Origin: an uncultured Methanomassiliicoccales archaeon
GTDB taxonomy: Archaea > Thermoplasmatota > Thermoplasmata > Methanomassiliicoccales > UBA472
DNA: 64,000 nt
Direction of reading: 5' to 3'
Assembly: GCA_963695345.1 (NCBI GenBank)
Contig: OY968769.1
Span: 1,376,001 to 1,440,000, forward strand
How positions within the stretch are numbered: position 1 is the first letter of the stretch; each line of letters opens with the position of its first letter. The notes under the pieces are model-generated. The model saw only the letters and a list, made by a program, of their open reading frames with translations. It had not been told where the DNA came from and did not search any database. Both the position numbers and the translations under genes were made by a program. This document shows, one piece after another, positions 59,966 through 64,000 of this stretch.

Positions 59966-62900
59966 TCAGTCCCTCTTTCTGCGACCTAGGACGATCGCCG
60001 TTACACACAACAGGCCGGCCGATATTGAAATGGCTAGGACAACGGGCAGGGAGGCATCATCCCACCCAAGGCGTCCACCGGGCCTCATTTCTATCGTAAC
60101 GCTTGTGGTCATCGTGTTGCCCACGTTGTCGATGGCCTTGAGGACATAGGTCCAGTTGCCGATCTCAACATGGTCCAGCACCAGCGAGGTCTCCCCAGCC
60201 CCGACCGCATACGAGCGTCCGAAACCATCCGTCACGGACAGCGAGGCGATCCCGCTCAGGTTGTCCCAGGAGCTTAAACGAAGACGCAATTTCCCGTCGA
60301 AGAACTGCTGGTTCTCAGGATTGTTGAACCTTGCCTCGGGGGCCTTACGGTCTATGAACACCTCCTTCTGTTTGATGCCCTCCGTGTTTCCGGCGTTGTC
60401 CACCGCGTAGTAGCGGACCAAGTGCCTCCCATCGCCAACGATGGACACCGATCTGGAATACACCTTCCACGGGCCGTCATCGATCTCATAGTGGATGGCC
60501 ATCACCCCGCTCACCAGATCATAGGCCGTCAACGCAATCAGGGCCGTTCTGTTGACCCAATGCCCTACATCGCCCGATATCGCGCTCGTAGGCGGTTCCC
60601 GGTCAGGTGGCTGCCACGCGATGAGAGTATAGTTCACCGAACTCGAATGCACCGCCGAGGCGACGGTGATGCTGACCGAGAATGAGCCCGGCAGCTTTGG
60701 CGTCCCGGCCACCAGGCAGTGCGTCCGGTCGCTCCATCGGACCGACAGGAATGGGGCGTCCGTGCTCAAGGTCCAAACTACATCCCCCTTTCCTTCCGTG
60801 GCGGTGGCGTTGAACTCATAGGAGGTGCCGATCGGCAGTGCCAATTGAGGGCTGTTCAAGATCGCCGGGTCCTTGGGAACGTAGTGGATCCGAAGTTCGG
60901 AGCTGGCGTTCCAGAAGGCGGAAACGTAGAGGACCCCATCCCGGATGTCATATCCGATGTCCATGACCCGGGCGCCCGAAAGGTTACGCAGCACCGAATC
61001 GGACCACGGGAGAGAGCTTAGGGTCGCCTCATTTCCGACGACCTCCACTCTCTCAACGGTGTGGTTGTTCAATGGAATGGCGATGGTGACCGGGACCAGC
61101 CAATACCCCGCCTCCTTGGGGTCCTGACGGGTCACCTCGAACACCTGGACGTCCGATGACGTTTCTGATAGGACCGCCATTACATCGGTGGTCATGTGCC
61201 CATAATAGTAGCTGGTCGCTTCCCCGTCCGTCGCTTTCCAGTTCACAGGGGTGGCGTCGGATTTGTTGTCGCAGATCCAATGCAGCAGGTTCGGTTGGCT
61301 TATCATCCCGTGATTGTAGATCCGGGCAAGGCCGCCCTCGCGTGCTATGGCCAGTACCCGCTCGTAGGTGAGCGTGTTGTCCGTGTTCAATTGCCTGACG
61401 GCATCCATCAGGTCGATGGGATCCATCGGGTCCCACTTGGCCCAGGGGTCGACCCCCCACGCTCCGATCAGGGAATCGTTCCCCGGGGCTCCATTGGCCT
61501 GGTTGGACGATATTCCCTCGATCCTCACTCCTGCCAGATACTGAGCATATAACATCTGGAACGTCGCTGTGTTTCCTGGATTGGCCAACGAGAGATAGGT
61601 ATCGCCGTTGCCGACGTAGGACGGGTCATCCCATCGGCTGGCAAAGTCGTAGGCGTTCCTAAGCGCCTGCTGGCCTTGGTTCGCCGAGTGTACCGATTCC
61701 ACCCAGTTCTTCTTCATCCAGTTATAGTAGTCATGAGGGCCGTGTTTGCCGATCTCCGATTGGGTGGCGAGGACCATGGAGGAATTGCCCATCGGGTTAT
61801 CGGTGAAGACATAGGCGGTAAGGGGGTGGTCATAGCCTTTGAACGTGTCCAGGACCGTGGAAGGTCCGCTGCAATCGTCCCTCCCAAGTACGGTCGCCCA
61901 GCTCCAGCCGTTCCACCATTCTGTGACATAGGCGGCGCATGGATCGGGGATGGTGGTAACTTTGATCAAGCCCTCCAGCGTGACCCCGTTCGCGGTCACC
62001 GAATAGGGGGTGGGCACCGCCCAGTCAACGGATGGATAACCGGCATCCGCCTCGTACCGCCCATTGGTCAGGTTGAATAACGCCTGCCGGCCGGCAATGG
62101 TCACCGAAGCGTCCGATACCGTCCTGCCGAGCGTATCGACCACCTTCAGCCACCGGGGGTCGGATCTGTTGTTCACCTCAATGTTCGGCTGGACCTCGAC
62201 GAAACCGTCGCTCGCCGCCCTGGTCTCGAAGTTGTCGAGCATCCATCCGCCGCTTACCGGATATGGGCCATGGATATCCGTGGTATGGATGAATCCGACG
62301 GTCGCGTCGGAGTATAATTGGAGGGAAGGCCTGCTCGATAGATCATCCCGAACGGCGATGTTCTTGGTGAGGATCAGCCCGTCCCTTGAATGGACGACGG
62401 TCAGCTGGACCGAGGTGGAAGAGGTCTTTGCCAGGGACACGCAGTATCGGTCCGGGGACGATTCCTGGGCGGCACTGCGATTGGAGAGGGCGGGCAGGAT
62501 CCCGGCCGATTGCATTGTCCAGGCACCGGTCTGGGCATCGAAGGTAAGAATGCCTTCCTGGGCCTCTGGCCCGATCAACAGTTCGATGCCGGTGATGTTG
62601 TTCCCGTTCCCATCCACCAGCATTATCCTGAGGCCATAGGTGCCGCAGGTCACGTTCTGTGCCCAGTATGAAGCTCCGTTCCTCGGGGTGTAGGCATCGA
62701 ACGAGACATTCCAGGTGTCATCCGCCGCGATGGGCGAGTATTTCGCCAAGAGGGCCGAGTCGTTTCCCCGGAACATGATCCAGAGTTTTCCGTCCAGGAT
62801 CACCGTGTCGGTGAATAGGTTAGGATATAGTTTGAAATCATGGAAATCTACCGTAGTGCCGGTGGCCACGTTGTCGAAGGTCTCAGCCAATCCCCATCCG

Positions 62901-63025
62901 TTCGAATCTGACAAGGTCGACCCTGAATCGTTTTCTCCTTCGGCCGCACCGATCGAGGTTGACAGGGGCAATAGCATGAGGCAAATCAGCAGTGATATCA
63001 GGGGTGATGAGAACTGCCTCTTCAT
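59966..63025 (-). CDS. large membrane-anchored surface protein with polysaccharide-deacetylase-like and Ig-like domains
   Basis: Signal peptide; WWNG...A.V..RDD, EIG.HG..D, .YNHG NodB-like motifs; putative-Ig and OmpL47-type repeats; C-terminal TM plus RRKR. Confidence 0.75.
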   Translation of the reverse strand: MKRQFSSPLISLLICLMLLPLSTSIGAAEGENDSGSTLSDSNGWGLAETFDNVATGTTVDFHDFKLYPNLFTDTVILDGKLWIMFRGNDSALLAKYSPIAADDTWNVSFDAYTPRNGASYWAQNVTCGTYGLRIMLVDGNGNNITGIELLIGPEAQEGILTFDAQTGAWTMQSAGILPALSNRSAAQESSPDRYCVSLAKTSSTSVQLTVVHSRDGLILTKNIAVRDDLSSRPSLQLYSDATVGFIHTTDIHGPYPVSGGWMLDNFETRAASDGFVEVQPNIEVNNRSDPRWLKVVDTLGRTVSDASVTIAGRQALFNLTNGRYEADAGYPSVDWAVPTPYSVTANGVTLEGLIKVTTIPDPCAAYVTEWWNGWSWATVLGRDDCSGPSTVLDTFKGYDHPLTAYVFTDNPMGNSSMVLATQSEIGKHGPHDYYNWMKKNWVESVHSANQGQQALRNAYDFASRWDDPSYVGNGDTYLSLANPGNTATFQMLYAQYLAGVRIEGISSNQANGAPGNDSLIGAWGVDPWAKWDPMDPIDLMDAVRQLNTDNTLTYERVLAIAREGGLARIYNHGMISQPNLLHWICDNKSDATPVNWKATDGEATSYYYGHMTTDVMAVLSETSSDVQVFEVTRQDPKEAGYWLVPVTIAIPLNNHTVERVEVVGNEATLSSLPWSDSVLRNLSGARVMDIGYDIRDGVLYVSAFWNASSELRIHYVPKDPAILNSPQLALPIGTSYEFNATATEGKGDVVWTLSTDAPFLSVRWSDRTHCLVAGTPKLPGSFSVSITVASAVHSSSVNYTLIAWQPPDREPPTSAISGDVGHWVNRTALIALTAYDLVSGVMAIHYEIDDGPWKVYSRSVSIVGDGRHLVRYYAVDNAGNTEGIKQKEVFIDRKAPEARFNNPENQQFFDGKLRLRLSSWDNLSGIASLSVTDGFGRSYAVGAGETSLVLDHVEIGNWTYVLKAIDNVGNTMTTSVTIEMRPGGRLGWDDASLPVVLAISISAGLLCVTAIVLGRRKRD

Positions 63026-63096
63026 ATGACGATTGCTCCAGACGTTCCTTCAACCACAGGTTGAGTATATAATCGTTCAGAGATTTTTTCCACACT

Positions 63097-64000
63097 TCAG
63101 CGAACGGTTGGGAGGGAATGATAGACCTCCACCAGCCTTTCCTTCATCGCGGCCCAGTTGTAGGTCCTCTCAGCGGCTGCCCTTCCATTCCTTCCCATCC
63201 TCTTCCTCGTCTCCGCATCCTGGAGCAAGGATATCGCGGACGACATGCCTTTGGAGCTGTATTCTATGGCAACGCCACAATCCAGGCCTTTGACCAGATC
63301 GCCGCTGTGGGTTCCTTCGGTGACGATCGCCGGCACTCCATAGGCCATCGCCTCAAAGAGCTTGTTCGGGGTGCCGATGACATTGTTGCCGTTGCTCGGC
63401 TCCATCATGCAGACGACAGCATCGCTGCGCGACACGTTCAAAAGCACCTGTTCCTGAGGTATATAGTCGAGGAACTGGACCCGGTCCGACTCCGCCGCCG
63501 CCCTTCTCACATTATCGGCGAGACGGCCGTTTCCGGCGATCCTGAGGACGCAATCCCCGTTGGCCATCGCGGATTCCAGCATCTCGTCGACGAACCGTCC
63601 CGGTTCCAGGCTTCCGCCATAGAACAGGCAGATCCGATCCTTTTTCCGGTATGCTTCCCGGACCGCATCCGGCGGCAGGTCAATGCAGTTCATGACCACC
63701 GTCACTGGTCCCGCCCCAGAATCCTTCAGATGGTCCGCGATCGCCTCATTGGCGGCGATCACCGCGCCGCAATTCGCCAGCAGCAACGATTCGGTACGCT
63801 CGATGGCCTGGAGCACGAAAGCGGGCAGGTCATCCTCGACCATCTTCGAATACCACTCGTGCGAATCATACACCAGCGGGACCCCGCGGAGCCTGGCGAT
63901 GAACACGCCAAGCGCAAGCGTGTCGAAATCATGGCAGTGGACCGCGTCGAACTCGAGGCGGCGCGAACGAAGATAGGCGCGAACGAAGAAAAATGGCATG
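63097..64000 (-). CDS. glycosyltransferase family 4 (5'-truncated by the window edge)
   Basis: VHCHD, VYDSHE.Y, PNKLFEAMA.G.P, YNW. Confidence 0.92.
   Translation of the reverse strand, partial: MPFFFVRAYLRSRRLEFDAVHCHDFDTLALGVFIARLRGVPLVYDSHEWYSKMVEDDLPAFVLQAIERTESLLLANCGAVIAANEAIADHLKDSGAGPVTVVMNCIDLPPDAVREAYRKKDRICLFYGGSLEPGRFVDEMLESAMANGDCVLRIAGNGRLADNVRRAAAESDRVQFLDYIPQEQVLLNVSRSDAVVCMMEPSNGNNVIGTPNKLFEAMAYGVPAIVTEGTHSGDLVKGLDCGVAIEYSSKGMSSAISLLQDAETRKRMGRNGRAAAERTYNWAAMKERLVEVYHSLPTVR

Noticed and set aside
1-64000. Many long alternative-frame and antisense ORFs in the track (e.g. 2187..2951, 23285..24145, 50640..51509)
   Set aside because: These are expected shadows of GC3-rich genes and show no recognisable domains

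Overview
Archaeal chromosomal window, most likely from a Methanomassiliicoccales (Thermoplasmatota) genome. This is an inference from Rpo6, uS2, the two-gene RPA locus, PurP, Nep1, CarS, HypE, a DUF6015-like gene and archaeal TATA/leaderless gene layouts. About 60 CDSs and two tRNAs (Val-TAC, Arg-TCG) are visible; no rRNA, CRISPR array or intact transposase. The left ~9 kb is accessory: AT-rich DNA lies beyond the 3' ends of both tRNAs, and tRNA-Arg is followed by two degenerate copies of its own 3' end that bound ~0.6-1 kb gene modules. The 22.9-26.5 kb region is a cluster of zinc-ribbon/Pro-rich proteins with DUF2085 and an ICMT-type methyltransferase. Housekeeping genes fill 26.5-39.9 kb and 54-58.4 kb. 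A surface-glycan cluster occupies 40-53.4 kb and 58.4-64 kb, interleaved with Ser/Gly/Thr metabolism genes. Six reading-frame breaks are each repaired by deleting one base, which suggests consensus errors rather than true pseudogenes in most cases. All product calls come from motif recognition by eye; no database search was run.
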